A stretch of 64,000 nt of DNA from Eledone cirrhosa. Lineage: Eukaryota. A program made the position numbers and the translations under genes. Shown here piece after piece: positions 13,217 through 26,117 of this stretch. Where the stretch lies: contig OZ024742.1 of the NCBI GenBank assembly GCA_964016885.1, positions 253,022,001 to 253,086,000 on the forward strand, given 5' to 3'. The notes beneath the pieces were generated by a model, which ran no database searches, had not been told where the DNA came from, and saw nothing but the letters and a program-made list of their open reading frames with translations. Positions within the stretch are counted from its first letter, which is position 1, and every line of letters starts with the position of its first letter.

Positions 13217-14103
13217 AGAGGTAGTGTCAGAAAAGTTCCAGGACTTATGTCACAAAAGATTTATTTCAAACCCAAACTTCACACTAAGACTTTTCTCCTT
13301 CAAAGTAATCCCCCTGGAGTATGTAACTGTAATCTTAGCTCTCTGCAGCGATCAAACTTTTTTCTTCATAATTTTATATACATGTCCTCTGTTTCAGGTC
13401 GTCAAGCAATGAGCACAGAGCAACGAACAAACTTGAAGTTTCTGGTACGGTTGGGGAAAACTCCGTCAGAGATGAGACGATGTCACGCTCACGTGTTTTT
13501 GAGTGGTGCAAGAGGTTTAAAGAAGGATGCGAGAACGTGGAAGATGACCCCAGGAGCGGAAGGCCCTCAACAACCAGGACTGAGGTCAACGTTGAGCGCG
13601 TCAGGCAGATAGTGCGTAGCGATCGTCGGCTGACTGTTCGACTGATGGCAAATGAGCTGGGCATGAATCGGGACAGCATCTGGAAGATTCTCACTAAAGA
13701 TTTGGACATGCGGAATGTCTGCGCGAAGATGGTGCCAAAACTGCTGAACGATGACCAGAAGGGTCGACGCTTGCAAGTGTGCCAGGACATCCTCGAGCAT
13801 CTTGAAACCGAACCAGTCTTGCTAGGGACAGTCATCACCGGTGATGAGTCATGGATCTTCGAGTACGACCTAGAGGGGACCGGTTTTGAAGATGTGGACG
13901 ACATCAAAAAGGCTATGACGACGGAACTGCGGAGGATCCCGGAAGAATCCTTCCAGGAGTGCATGCAAGCGTGGCAGAAAAGGATGGAAAAGTGCATTAG
14001 ACTCCAGGGGGATTACTTTGAAGGAGAAAACTCTGAGTGTGAAGTTTGGCTTTGAAATAAATCTTTTGTGACATCAGTCCTGGAACTTTTCTGATACACC
14101 TCG
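13217..14103 (+). mobile_element. Internally deleted mariner with ~104 bp extended inverted ends, TA TSD
   Basis: EQRTNLKFLVRLGKTPSE, SRSRVFEW.KRFKEG..VEDDPRSGRP, VITGDESW fused directly to the C-terminal GDYFEG; IR 13217-13320 / 14001-14103. Confidence 0.93.
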
Positions 14104-14104
14104 T

Positions 14105-14800
14105 ATATATATATGTGCATGTATATGCTAGTGTATATAGGTGTGCCTGTTGAATCCATAGAAACATACATGTACATAGAGAAAACAACATAAATGATAT
14201 TCAACACACACATGCACATGCACACGTGCTCATACACAGATACACACACATATACCCATACATAAACATACATACGTACACATGTAAGTGTATACACATG
14301 CACACAAAAAAGCAAAAAATATTCACAGACACACACACATGTGTACACACACAAATACAAATACACACACTTGCACACACAAATACAAAAAAGCAACAGG
14401 CACACACACGTGTATATACATACACATACTCAAATATAAACATACACACTCTCACTCATATAAAAACATACACATATAGGCACGTTCACATTCATGCACA
14501 CATAAATGTGTACACACAAACACTACAAAAGCTCATAGACACAGACTCAAACATAAACATGTAGAAACACACACACACATACATAAACATACACACACAT
14601 ACACACACACCACACACTCATAAAAAAACATATATGCTTGTGCATGCACAAAAAAAAAAACTGTAAAAATTTCACAGACACATGTGGACACACGCATGCA
14701 CACTTCTATCAATGATACATCGAACACACACAGTGACAGAAACAGTAATGCACACCCATGAAATGCACTCCATCCACACACACATAACAACACCCATGAC
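14105..14800. repeat. Degenerate (CA)/(TA) low-complexity tract
   Basis: Dense cacac/tatac repeats that generate spurious HT/CV ORFs. Confidence 0.85.
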
Positions 14801-15399
14801 ACACCTGGACACTCTACTCACTCCTGAATGCCAGACTACTCCTCTACCACCCCCAGCCTTCTTAAAACTCATTTTTTTAAAAAAAACCCTGATGTTCCAA
14901 ACTTTTCTCTCTCTGTACACTCCATTTCCTCTAGAAGAACTTATGTTCGAAATGTCAAACTCTCTTCTACTTCTTCAGTAAGCGTGATACTAACAAAAAC
15001 TGTGTTTTTGCATCTCTGTGTTTGTCTTGTAATTTCTTGAACTATATATATATATAATCATTTCACATCCATTTTCCCTGCTAGCAAGTATTGGATATAT
15101 ATATATATATTTAAAAAATGGAAAAGAATGATTTCACTTTTAGTTCTAAACAATTTAATTTAATTTTATAGCATTATAATTTTACAATTTGGTTTTGTAG
15201 ACCTAATAAGTTCTTTGTTAACTTTGGTGGGGAGATTTTTAAAGATTCCTGGTCAACTTTCCTGGAGAACTTTCTCGCATTCGTCGGTGGTGACTGGCAA
15301 ACTGATCTCAGGTTGTGTTGTGATGTGTGACTCTATATATAAGAGATTTGTGCTGGTGCCATGACAAAAGTGCTCACTCAATCCTATAAAGGGGTCGTT

Positions 15400-16000
15400 T
15401 TGGTGATATGACAATAAACCACTTAGTCCACCCTATTAGTTGTTCATTTTGGTACCACGATAAAAAGCAAAAGCACCTAGCCCACATTGTAATGTGGTTG
15501 GTGTTAGGAAGGCCTTCTCACTGTAGAAACAAAGCCAAAATACAGATCTGTATGAGCAAAACATAATCATCTGACCTGACTTGTCTCATAATTTGACAAC
15601 CTGTCTAACCCATGCAAGTGTAGAGAATAGATATTAAATGTGGTTGATGATGATGATGTATCATTATCATCATCATTATTACCATCTAGCTTCTATTTTC
15701 CATGCAGTGGTTAGATGATGGTTTCTATGGTTAGATGCACTTCTTGAAACCAACCACATTACAGCATGGACTGGGTAACTTTTGTTGGAGTAACCAACAT
15801 GACCACCTTACTGTGTGAACTGGATGTCATTTTGGCATGTCACCAGCCCGACCACCATTACAGGGTAGACTGGGAGTTCTAATGTCATTTAACCTGTATG
15901 ACCACCTTACATGGTGGACCAGAGGCTTTTGTTGTGTCACCAGCATGACCACGTTACCAGGTGGACTAAGTGCTTATTGTCATTGCTGCAGTATTGTAGG
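15400..16000. mobile_element. Two old RTE 3'UTR-derived pieces, tail-to-tail (15400-15660 +; 15660-16000 -)
   Basis: tgtggttggtgttaggaagg...acccatgcaag...(gat)n, followed by (cat)n...ggttagatgcacttc and ~47 bp subrepeats. Confidence 0.65.
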
Positions 16001-16378
16001 AGAACATGTCCAACTTTCCATGCTTGTATGTATGGGTTGGACAGGAGAGGTGTATCAGTAAATGTGAAAGGTGGGGGTTGGGGAGGGTGTGGTGTGTGCC
16101 TGTATGATTGGGATTGGAGAGATAGGTCTATGATGGGGTAATAAGTTGGTGAAGGGGTGAGGGAGGAGTGTTAGGGCATGGGAGGTGTATGGAAAGTGGA
16201 TAGGAAAAGATTTGGTGCAGACTAGTGTCCACAAGATGTTTGCTTCACCTTATGCACCCAGTACTGCATATCGCTAGAGAGCTTGGTCCTGTGTCATCCC
16301 TTTTGAGAGGTTTAATTATGCAAGGTCAGCTTTTATCACTTCATCCCATACTTTCTTAGGTCTTCCTCTTACACACAT

Positions 16379-16778
16379 ATCATCATCATCGTTTAACGTC
16401 TATCTTCCATGCTAGCATGGGTTTTGATGGGAATTGTCCCACTTGAGGCAAGATTGGTCGTCTTGCTCGTATAGGACTGTCTGGCAGGTTTTCTACAGCT
16501 GGATGCCCTTCCTAACACAAACCATTTTTACAGTGTGGACTGGGAGGTTTTTACCGTGTTACATACACGGCCACATTACAGAGTGGACTGTGTGTTTTTT
16601 TGTCGTGACAGCTACACGACCTCATTTATTTAGGACTGGATGTTGTGGTACCAACATAACTTTACAGAGAAAGGGTGGTGTTGATGCGGGTGGGGGTGGG
16701 GGAGTTGGGGTAGTGGCATGGGGGTGTATATTTGATTAAGAGGTGCCTACTGACTGTAGGTTTCGCTTTGTACTTAGT
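16379..16778 (-). mobile_element. PHD-RTE 3'UTR-only copy
   Basis: Matches the reverse complement of 2505-2900; ends at a (TA)n run. Confidence 0.9.
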
Positions 16779-16799
16779 ATATATATATATATATATATA

Positions 16800-17267
16800 T
16801 CATAAAATATGTCTTTAGAATCACTAGATATAATATATACCAATTCCTCTCCCAATTAGTATAATTAACCATATAAAAAATCAATTAGACCAAGCTATAA
16901 GAATAAAGGCTCCTATGAAGAAATCTCCGACAAATAACCGAAAGCAGCCCCTTCGCGGTGGTTACAATAGAGTATTTATCTAACATTTCGACAGCATGTA
17001 AAAATCGACCAGATATACAGTCAACTAAACACAATTAGGTGTAAAATTGAACTTAGAAGAATTGCGTACATACCTAATTACCTCTACCATGGTTTCATCC
17101 GTATTTTAAGACATCCGATAACAGGGGATGTCCAGAGCTTCGTAATCATCAGGAGCGAGCTCAAAATAAGACATTTAATTTTCCAAAGTGATCGCGCCAA
17201 AAATACATTAAAAAATGGCTAAGAATCGTGATTCTAAATAGTGATTCTAAAGACATATTTTATGATA
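16800..17267 (-). mobile_element. PLE pLTR-like fragment with ~28 bp inverted repeat and a hammerhead motif
   Basis: cataaaatatgtctttagaatcacta / tagtgattctaaagacatattttatg; hammerhead motif at 17082-17155. Confidence 0.55.
17082..17155 (-). ncRNA. Minimal type-I hammerhead-like motif with long stem II
   Basis: ctc-CTGATGA-t..ggacatcc(9nt)ggatgtct..t-GAAA-C(CATG)G-TA-gag. Confidence 0.6.
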
Positions 17268-18096
17268 TATAGCTCTGATTATTTAATTTATTAATTTCTC
17301 ATTGAGCCACAACGTGACCAGTTGCAAAACACATATATATCTATGACTTTATATATATATGTAAATCTTTATATATATATATATACATTTATTTAGGTTT
17401 GTTGGTTCACCACTGAATAGAATTGGTTATTCCGTATGGTCAATCTCGATGTAATATTATGGAGAATACTCAACGTAATGCAGCTCACCCGTCTTCGTTT
17501 GTGTAGTTGGTGGTGCGAGTGCGGAGTTAATTATTATAATAAAATAACAGGAGGCTGGACAGGTGTAAATCCTTGAAAGGTTTATTATACTATGATCATT
17601 TCAATGACCAGGTTCCGTATGAACCCGGTGATATCATGAGGTATTCGAAATATAACAAAGGAATATAACAGATAAAATCCATGCGGCTGAAAATCATAGA
17701 CAAGAGGACGACCGACCATCTAGCATCTTCTACCTCAGTCGGTCCCCCTCAAGTGTTGGCTATTCAGTCTACTTATGACCATCTGGTGAGGAGGCGAAAG
17801 CTTATAATGTGCTACTACCTCCCCGTCAAAGAGAAAAAAGAAGAAAGAAGAAAAGTCAGCGTTAAGGTCATGCTACAATCAGGCTAGAAATTGCCGTGAA
17901 AAATGTTTTTCCAAAGAACCTATATCTTAACAGAGACATATATAGTAGGCGTCTGTATGGTATAATGTGTGAACAGAAATTTGGAACGTTAAACTTATGT
18001 TTAGAGTTATAGGATGAAATTAAAAAATTTAAAAAAGTTTAAAGTTTGATTTGCGAGATTTAGTTAAAGAATTTACAGAGAGAGTCTTTTATGAAA

Positions 18097-18715
18097 AAGG
18101 CTACGTTGGTATGGTCACGTGATGCGCATGAAAGACGACAGCTGTATAAAAAAGTGCAGGGCAATAAAGGTAGACGGTAGCCACGGAGTAGGCAGACCCA
18201 GAAAAACCTGGGACGACTTGATAAATTCCGACCTCACACACTTACACCTCTCCAAGACAATGTCACTGGACCGGGATCTTTGGCGGTACTCAGTAATAGA
18301 GAAGGCCCGCCTTACCTAAATACAAAGTGAAACCTACTACAGTCAGTAGGCACCTCTAACAAAATACACCCCCGTCCCACCACCCCCACCCCATCCACAC
18401 CGCCCCTTTCAATGTAAAGTTATGTTGGTGCCACAACATCCAGTCCGAAACAAATGAGGTCGTGTAGGTGTCACGACAAAAAAAACACAGTCCACGCTGT
18501 AATGTGGCCGTGTAGGTAACACGGTAAAAACCTCCCAGTCCCACACTGTAAATGTGGTTGGTGTTAGGAAGGGCATCCAGCTGTAGAAAACCCGCCAGAC
18601 AGTATACGCGAGCGAGACAACCACTCTTGCCTCAAGTGGGAAAACTCCCGTCCAAACCCATGCAAGCGTGGAATGTGGACGTTAAACGATGATGATGATG
18701 ATGATGATGATGATG
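18097..18715 (+). mobile_element. 5'-truncated PHD-RTE copy nested in the 2.1 kb element
   Basis: RLRWYGHVMRMK...KARLT*, 3'UTR, (GAT)n; absent from the inverted duplicate at 21211-21240. Confidence 0.95.
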
Positions 18716-20315
18716 TATTATAGAGATTCTCGATAAGTTTTCAGGGTAGGATATATAGTAAAGATTAAGCCCTTGTTTAGCAGTTAATAACACGCGACGA
18801 CTGCAGATCTCGGCTAGCCCTTCCTAACCACGTGTCAGCCATTCCGAGTGATATCGTCTAGCGAAAGAGATGGAAATTAATTTTTCCGAGTACTCCAGGA
18901 ATGTAACTGTCTTAGGCATCGGGTGTGTTAGTGGGAAGTCTGCCATCGTCATCAGTCCATTGCTATACCAAACGAATACTATTAATTCACACAGGAGGGG
19001 GATTTGTTTACGTGCCAGTAGAAGGAGGCATGATACAGCTAATAGTTATGATAAGGCCTAGGATTTAAAGGTACTATATAGCGGTCAAAACCGGCGGCGT
19101 GGCGGGCCCTGGGGCAAAGCAAGCCGCTCCGAGTAATTTCATTTACCGAAAGAAGGGGAAATTTATTTTTCCAAGCACTCAAGGAAGGCTTATCCACCTA
19201 AGGGCCTGGCGCGCAGCCAGGAAAGCGACCACATCAGTCGGATCATCGCGTGTAACCAAACGGTTATTATATATTCACATCCGTGATGTGAGGTTGAAAG
19301 TGGTAAAACCCGATGAAATGCGCAAATAGACTATATTTAAGTCCCCAGTTAGTCCGGGTTATAAGTAGTGTGGTTCTTTGGTGGGTAGGGGGAGATATAA
19401 GGGTACAGAGAGTAATATTCTAGCTAATGAGCACAATGATGAGTACATAATGAGAGTAAAGCGAGTAAAAACCTAAATAAAAGGAACAATAAGCAAAAAT
19501 ACATAAATAATTAAAAGCAGAATACAAAAATAAAAATACATTAATAAAAATACATTAATAAAAGTAAAAATACATAAATAAATAAAAGCAGAATACAAAG
19601 ATAAAAATACATTAATAAAAATACATTAATAAAAGTAAAAATACATAAATAAAACGCTGTCATAGCTAGGGTGGCGATGGAGTAAAACGGAAGTATATAA
19701 GAACATATCAGAGAAATCAAAACACAGGGGAAATAAAATATAGATCAAGTTGCAGTTAGATAATACAAGGTTATACATATAGATATAGAGGATGAAAGAG
19801 ATGGAATGGTATCAGGTGATACCTAGTGTATGTTCGAGTCTCAGAATTCAGTGTGAATCACAAAGGCTCTGAAGTATAGGGTAAAGAATTCAGTCAATAC
19901 AATACAGGTTATAGTATAATCCGTAGAATTTTGTCGAAGTCTGAGTATTCCCAACAGGGAAGCAGCATTGGACCAGGTGAGCTGTAGATAAAGCACAGAG
20001 CAGCCAAAATCCGAATGGTGAGTAGATCAGTCAGTCCCATGCTGGCGATAGCTGTACACTGGAGTCAGTGCCGCTGTTCATTACATCTGAAAGCGCTCAA
20101 TATTTCTGGAGCATTATTTATTTAGGTTTGTTGGTTCACCACTGGATAGAATTGGTAATTCCGTATGGTCAATCTCGATGTAATCTTATGGAGAGTACTC
20201 AATGTAATGTAGCTCACCCGTCTTCGTTTGTGTAGTTGGTGGTGCGAGTACGGAGTTAATTATTATAATAAAATAACAGGAAGCTGGACTGGTGTAAACC
20301 CTTGAAAGGTTTATT

Positions 20316-20373
20316 ATACTATGATCATTTCAATGACCGGGTTCCGTATGAACCCGGTGATATCATCAGGTAT
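20316..20373 (-). ncRNA. Minimal type-I hammerhead ribozyme (intact CUGAUGA core)
   Basis: atac-CTGATGA-tatc accgggttc(atacg)gaacccggt catt-GAAA-T(GATC)A-TA-gtat, followed by aataaa. Confidence 0.7.
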
Positions 20374-21690
20374 TCGAAATATAACAAAGGAATATAACAG
20401 ATAAAATCCATGGGGCCGAAAATTATAGACAAGAGGACGACCGACCATCTAGCATCTTCTACCTCAGTCGGTCGCCCTCAAGTGTTGGCTATTCGGTCTA
20501 CTTATGACCATCTGGTGAGGGGGCGAAAGCTTATAATGTGCTACTACCTCCCCGTCAAAGAGAAAAAAGAACCACACTACTTATAACCCGGACTAACTGG
20601 GGACTTAAATATAGTCTATTTGCGCATTTCATCGGGTTTTACCACTTTCAACCTCACATCACGGGTGTGAATATATAATAACCGTTTGGTTACACGCGAT
20701 GATCCGACTGATGTGGTGGCTTTCCCGGCTGCGCGCTCGGCCCTTAGGTGGATAAGCCTTCCTTGAGTGCTTGGAAAAATAAATTTTCCCTTCTTTCGGT
20801 AAATGAAATTACTCGGAGCGGCTTGCTTTGCCCCGGGGCCCACCACACCGCCGGTTTTGACCGCCATATAGTACCTTTAAATCCTAGGCCTTATCATAAC
20901 TATTAGCTGTATCATGCCTCCTTCTACTGGCACGTAAACAAATCCCCCTCCTCTGTGAATTAATAGTATTCGTTTGGTATAGCGATGGCCTGACGACGAT
21001 GGCAGACTTCCCGCTAGCACACCTAATTTACATTCCTGGAGTACTCGGAAAAATTAATTTCCATCTCTTTCACTAGACGATATCACTCGGAACGGCTGAC
21101 ACGTGGTTAGGAAGAGCTAGCCGGAATCTGCAGTCATCGCGTGTTATTGACTGCTAAACAAGGGTTTAATCTTTACTCTATATCCCACCCTGAAAACTTA
21201 TGGAGAATCTCTATAATACACTTAAACTTTTTCATAAAAGACTCTCTCTGTAAATTCTTTAACTAAATCTCGCAACGCAAAACTTAAACTTTAAAAAATT
21301 ATTTAAATTTCTTCCTATAACTCTAAACATAAGTTTAATGTTCCAATTTTCTGTTCACACATTATACCATACAGACGCCTACTATATATACCTCTGTTAA
21401 GATATAGGTTCTTTAGAAAAACATTTTTCGCGGCAATTTCTAGCCCGATTGTAGCATGACCTTAACGCTGACTTTTCTTCTTTCTTTCTTTCTTCTTTTT
21501 TCTCTTTGACGGGGAGGTAGTAGCGCATTATAAGCTTTCGCCCCCTCACCAGATGGTCATAAGTAGACTGAATAGCCAAAACTTGAAGGGGACCGACTGA
21601 GGTAGAAGATACTAGATGGTCGGTCGTCCCCTTGTCTATGATTTTCAGCCGCATGGATTTTATCTGTTATATTCCTTTGTTATATTTCGA

Positions 21691-21748
21691 ATACCTGAAG
21701 ATATCACCGGGTTCATACGGAACCTGGTCATTGAAATGATCATAGTAT
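21691..21748 (+). ncRNA. Minimal type-I hammerhead ribozyme (CUGAAGA core)
   Basis: Same fold as 20316-20373; the third copy at 17587-17644 (-) has a mutated CUCAUGA core. Confidence 0.7.
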
Positions 21749-21822
21749 AATAAACCTTTCAAGGATTTACACCAGTCCAGCGTCCTGTTATTTTATTATA
21801 ATTATATATATATATACATATA

Positions 21823-21866
<44 letters not shown>

Positions 21867-21911
21867 ATGGAATACTGTTAGCTTCTTGCTACAACAATTT
21901 CTATACTTTTC

Positions 21912-21964
<53 letters not shown>

Positions 21965-23261
21965 TACATATATATATATGTATATATATATATATTATGG
22001 ACTTCCACATAGTTTCTGTCTACCAAATTTCACTCATGAGATCTACTTTGCTTTTTTACTTCCTGTGGTTGATAAAATAAAGAATCATCCCTTAGATATG
22101 TTAAAAATCATTAGTCATGTCTTTTTATATTCTGAGTTCAAATTCAGGAGGGGCAGTCTACTTTATCTTTCAATCTGTTAAGATTAATTAAATAGATATT
22201 ATTTAACTCTTAACATCCTGTAAAGATTTGCTAGAAAATAAATACATAGAAACAAGTTTATAGTACTTTTACTAGTGGGCATATCTTTATGAAAATTTGT
22301 AATATGTAAGCAAAGACTAATATTTAATATGATGCAGTTGTAATGCTGTTTTGTACTTTTAACAAATGTCTTACTAATGTGGTTTTATGTGGTACACAAT
22401 GTTAAGTGTTAAAGTACTGGTGTTGATATAATCAATTATCAATTACACCTCTCATTAATAAATTTGAAGCCTCAAAGCTAATGCAAGAAACCTTTATTCA
22501 GCCGCATCCTTTTATGTTGTGAACAGTGTTCACCATTAGTTTTCATCGTCCAGGGATCAATAAAATAAGTGCAGATACCGCCAAAATTTAAAATCAATAG
22601 TTGTACATGTCTTCTATATTAAATGAAATCATAATCGATAACAAATCATCATCATTTTACATCTGTTTAGTCTTTTGCAACACTGCCTCCCTCAACATAT
22701 TGCATTCTTTCTTTCTGAGATCAGTTCTCACTAGCTCTGTCTAAGTTTTCTTTTGTCTCCTTTTTCTGTTTTACGTCTGTTCTTCCATGCTAGCATGGGT
22801 TAGACGGGTTGTCTTGTTGTGGGCAGTGTCTGGTCGGCTGACCTTGTCTTGCTCATACGGGAATTGATTCTGGCTTGATTTCTACAGCTGGATGACCTTC
22901 CTAACACCAACCTCATTTACAGTGATTGCTGGGTGCTTTTTTGATGGGGCACCTCCACGACCACTTTGCAGTGGAATGATAGGGACCTCAGTCCTATCAT
23001 CTCATTTCTACAGCTGAGTACTAATTCTATGACAAAACCGAGGAAACTATGTTTTAATAGGTTTTTCCATTGCTGATGATATCTGTTGGTCATGATGCCT
23101 TGTAGAAGGAGGTAGGTTTTGAAATCAGAACACACGGCGCAGTTCACTACCTCTAGATTGCAGGGAAAATAATTAAGGATGAAATAGGGTGGGAGAGGGA
23201 GCACAGTATGGGTGGGGGTGGGAACACTTCTTTTTTCTCTTTCTACTGGCATGGGTAAGAT

Positions 23262-23479
23262 CAGGCATGTCAAACTGAGGGTCCCCCGAGGACCACATGG
23301 GTCACATGTGTGTTGTCTGAGGGCCACACATGACAACTAATTGCACACATTACAACAAATTTTTTTATTTTGTATTAGGAAAATAAAACATGCTCGTGCT
23401 GTAAAAACCTTTGTGTGGGTGGCAGGTGTGCTTGTAAAGGGTTGCATGCTGCCCGTGGGTCACATGTTTCAGATGCCTG
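23262..23479. mobile_element. hAT (Charlie/Buster-type) MITE
   Basis: TIR caggcatgtcaaac / gtttcagatgcctg; 8-bp TSD ggtaagat / ggttagat (7/8 match). Confidence 0.75.
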
Positions 23480-23544
23480 GGTTAGATGAGGAAGATGATG
23501 GTGGTAGTGGGTGATGGGGTGAAGTATGCATAAGCCACTATGCC

Positions 23545-24420
23545 TAGCTTTTGTAGTTCAGGAAAAGACCTTTGACAGAATAGCATGATCTGTTATCTGG
23601 TGGTCTTTAAGGAAAGGTGGTGTAAATGAGTGATTCATGAGAGCAATGCAAGCCATGTATAGAGCAGCTATCAGTAAAGTGAGAGTAGGTAATGAATTTA
23701 GTGAGAAATTCAATGTGTTCATTGGTGTTTATCAAAGCTCAGCCCACATATCTCTCCTGTTTATTATATTTCTCGAGGTCATAACAGAGACTTTTAAAAT
23801 TGGCTGTCAGTGGGAACTCCTGTATACTGATGACCTGATTCTCATAGCTGATTCTAGGTAGAACTTGGGAAGAAATTCCTTTTGTGAATACAGAACTTAT
23901 AATTAAAATAACTCAAAGTAATCCTATCAAAGAGCAAAGTTTTAGTGAGTAGGAAAGAAAACAAGACTGATTCCATCAAAGAAGCGGTTGTACTCAAAAT
24001 GTAGAAAATGAGCTGGTAGGAACTCTATGGTGTACACAATGTGAGGTAAAGGTTCATTTCTCTCCAATCTCTGTACATCTTTAGCATTTACTGTCTATGT
24101 CTCACTGCTATGCAACATTACACATTTCAAGCAGGCATCATACAATCTACTCTTTGATCCTAGAGAAAATCCTTTTATTGTCAACAGGGTTAGTATCTCT
24201 CTGAACTTTTTCCAACCTGTTCTTATTCTAGCTATTATGCTCACAGAGCAGCAACATCCTCTCCTGCTTATAAGGTCACCTAAGTAACAGAAACTACCAA
24301 TTATTTCTAGGGTACTTTTCTGGGATTGGAAAAGGTCTATTTCACTGGTGTTCTTGCTACCCACTCTTCCTGTGCATCTGCCACATGCAAAGTCTATCTT
24401 TTCTGTTAGCCTGCTTACAA
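23545..24420. mobile_element. Old PHD-RTE relative with an internal inversion (23545-24045 +; 24050-24420 -)
   Basis: + strand: RAMQAMY..KVRV..WELLYTDDL..to the first half of the PHD; - strand continues RLTEKIDFACGRC..FCYLGD..HSSET. Confidence 0.8.
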
Positions 24421-24639
24421 TCTCATACATACACACATGATGGCTGCCCTCTCATTATTGAGTATAGCCCTCACACAACATCTTTAAAAAACATCTTATT
24501 GGTGCTGCTATCAAATATGACTTTTTAGCTTTGCCTATAATTGAATGTGTTTTGCACAGAATTGGCAAGTATGATAAAAATGTTGTTGGCATTAGCAGGC
24601 TGCAGTTGGTTATCATGTACTTTTGCATGTCATTTGAGC

Positions 24640-25452
24640 CCTCCTGCTAATCTGCACTCTTTTCCACATGCTTGACAGGTATGATAAGCAGCATCTCCAT
24701 GAGCAGTCTGGTAGTCAACCACTGGTCTCACTGTGTGACTGGGAAGATGACCTTTGAGTCGTTTTGCTGATGCAGAGCCTTGTGCAGACGTCACATGTCA
24801 GCTCCATAGGATCATCTTTGCTGTCTGGAAATGCAACAACACCACCTTTCCTGACATCCCTTTTCAGTTTCTCTTTTGTGATTCAAGATGCCTCAAAAGT
24901 AACTTCCCTTCATGTATTGTCTTTCTCTATTTGTTGCGGTCAGCAGCTTTGCTTTTCCATATATCACCAGAGATGTTAATGTCCTTCAAAGAGGCTTTTA
25001 ATGAATCTTTGTACCTCTTTTTTCGTTTATGTGGAGGTCATTTTCCTTTAATTAACTCTCCATAAAAAGAGTTGTTTTGGTAGCCTAGAATCATCCATCC
25101 TGGCAAGATCACCACTCAATTGGAATCTTTGTTTAAACTTGAAAGTTTCCAAAATCACAAATTCACTGATTTTGTCCCTCCAGTGAATGCCAAAGATCCA
25201 TCTAAGACACACTTGATGGAAACGTTCCATCTGTTTAAGATGGTGCTGATATGGGAACCAAGTTTTGCAGACATAAAGAAGAGAAGAGAGCACACATGCA
25301 TTGTACACCTTTACCTTTGTTTTCTTGCATGTTTTGCTGTCTCCAGAGATGCCTTTCCAGCTTTCCAAAAGCATCACTTGCTTTCTGAATCCTGTGTGGA
25401 ATTTCACAATCAAGATTGTTGTATCGATTGACAGTGATACCTAGGTAGACAA
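24640..25452 (-). mobile_element. Degenerate BovB-like RTE 3' fragment
   Basis: VYLGITV, RIQKASDAFGKL, KTKVKVYNACVLSSLLY..TW, RMDDSRLPKQL. Confidence 0.8.
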
Positions 25453-26117
25453 ACACACACACACACATATCATCATTTATTGTCCGCTTTCCTTACTATA
25501 TATATTATATATATTACGATAACCAGAGTTTGTTGAGACAAGCAATCGACTATGAACAATCAGACAGAAACACTCCGCGTAATGGGTACCATAAGGTATT
25601 ACATATATGGTGTCAGACGGAGTAACAATATTAAGAAAAGTAAGAGAGACCTTATTACACATTGAACGTGAGTTTATTCATTACATCATATTCTTTATGT
25701 ACATTTGAAAAGCACTAAAAGGTCGTTATGCAACAGTTATTCAATAAGTTGTTATCAGACAAGTGTTTAAATGTAAGTAAAACATTTTGTTTTTGTTTTT
25801 GATATACTCGCCATCGAAGAGATGTTTAGATTATTACAGTATCAGGTAAGCATATTGCAAACATTTCTTCCATATCAAGCATATCAAACCTATATATTAT
25901 AGTTATTATCTTCAGCATACGAGGGTTGCTACCAATGGTTTCTTACTGTGCATCTGCACATCCACATGCACAGTTTCCGTCCAAGAAAATTTAAACAAAG
26001 ATGGCTGACTCTATTAAGGTGAGATCTCATTAGGTGCAAGGGGGATAACCCTACGTTTTAATTATTTTTGTTGCTGTTTTTTTAATGCAAGAGGAATAAC
26101 TCTTGCTATTATTATAG

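Larger units (their letters stand above)
17385..21802 (-). mobile_element. Non-coding ~2.1 kb hammerhead-bearing element in PLE-style partial-tandem plus inverted arrangement
   Basis: Direct repeat 17385-17840 / 20113-20570; inverted repeat about 17533-19379 / 20566-21802; three hammerhead copies; no RT or GIY-YIG ORF seen. Confidence 0.8.

Noticed and set aside
15750-15990. CRISPR-like periodic repeats
   Set aside because: Eukaryotic context, no cas genes, the 'spacers' are homologous to each other, and the units derive from the RTE 3'UTR
19099-19329. Duplicated ORF AGPGAKQAAPSNFIYRKKG (also 20616-20867)
   Set aside because: Conserved only because of the recent inverted duplication; antisense to the hammerhead orientation; no recognisable domain
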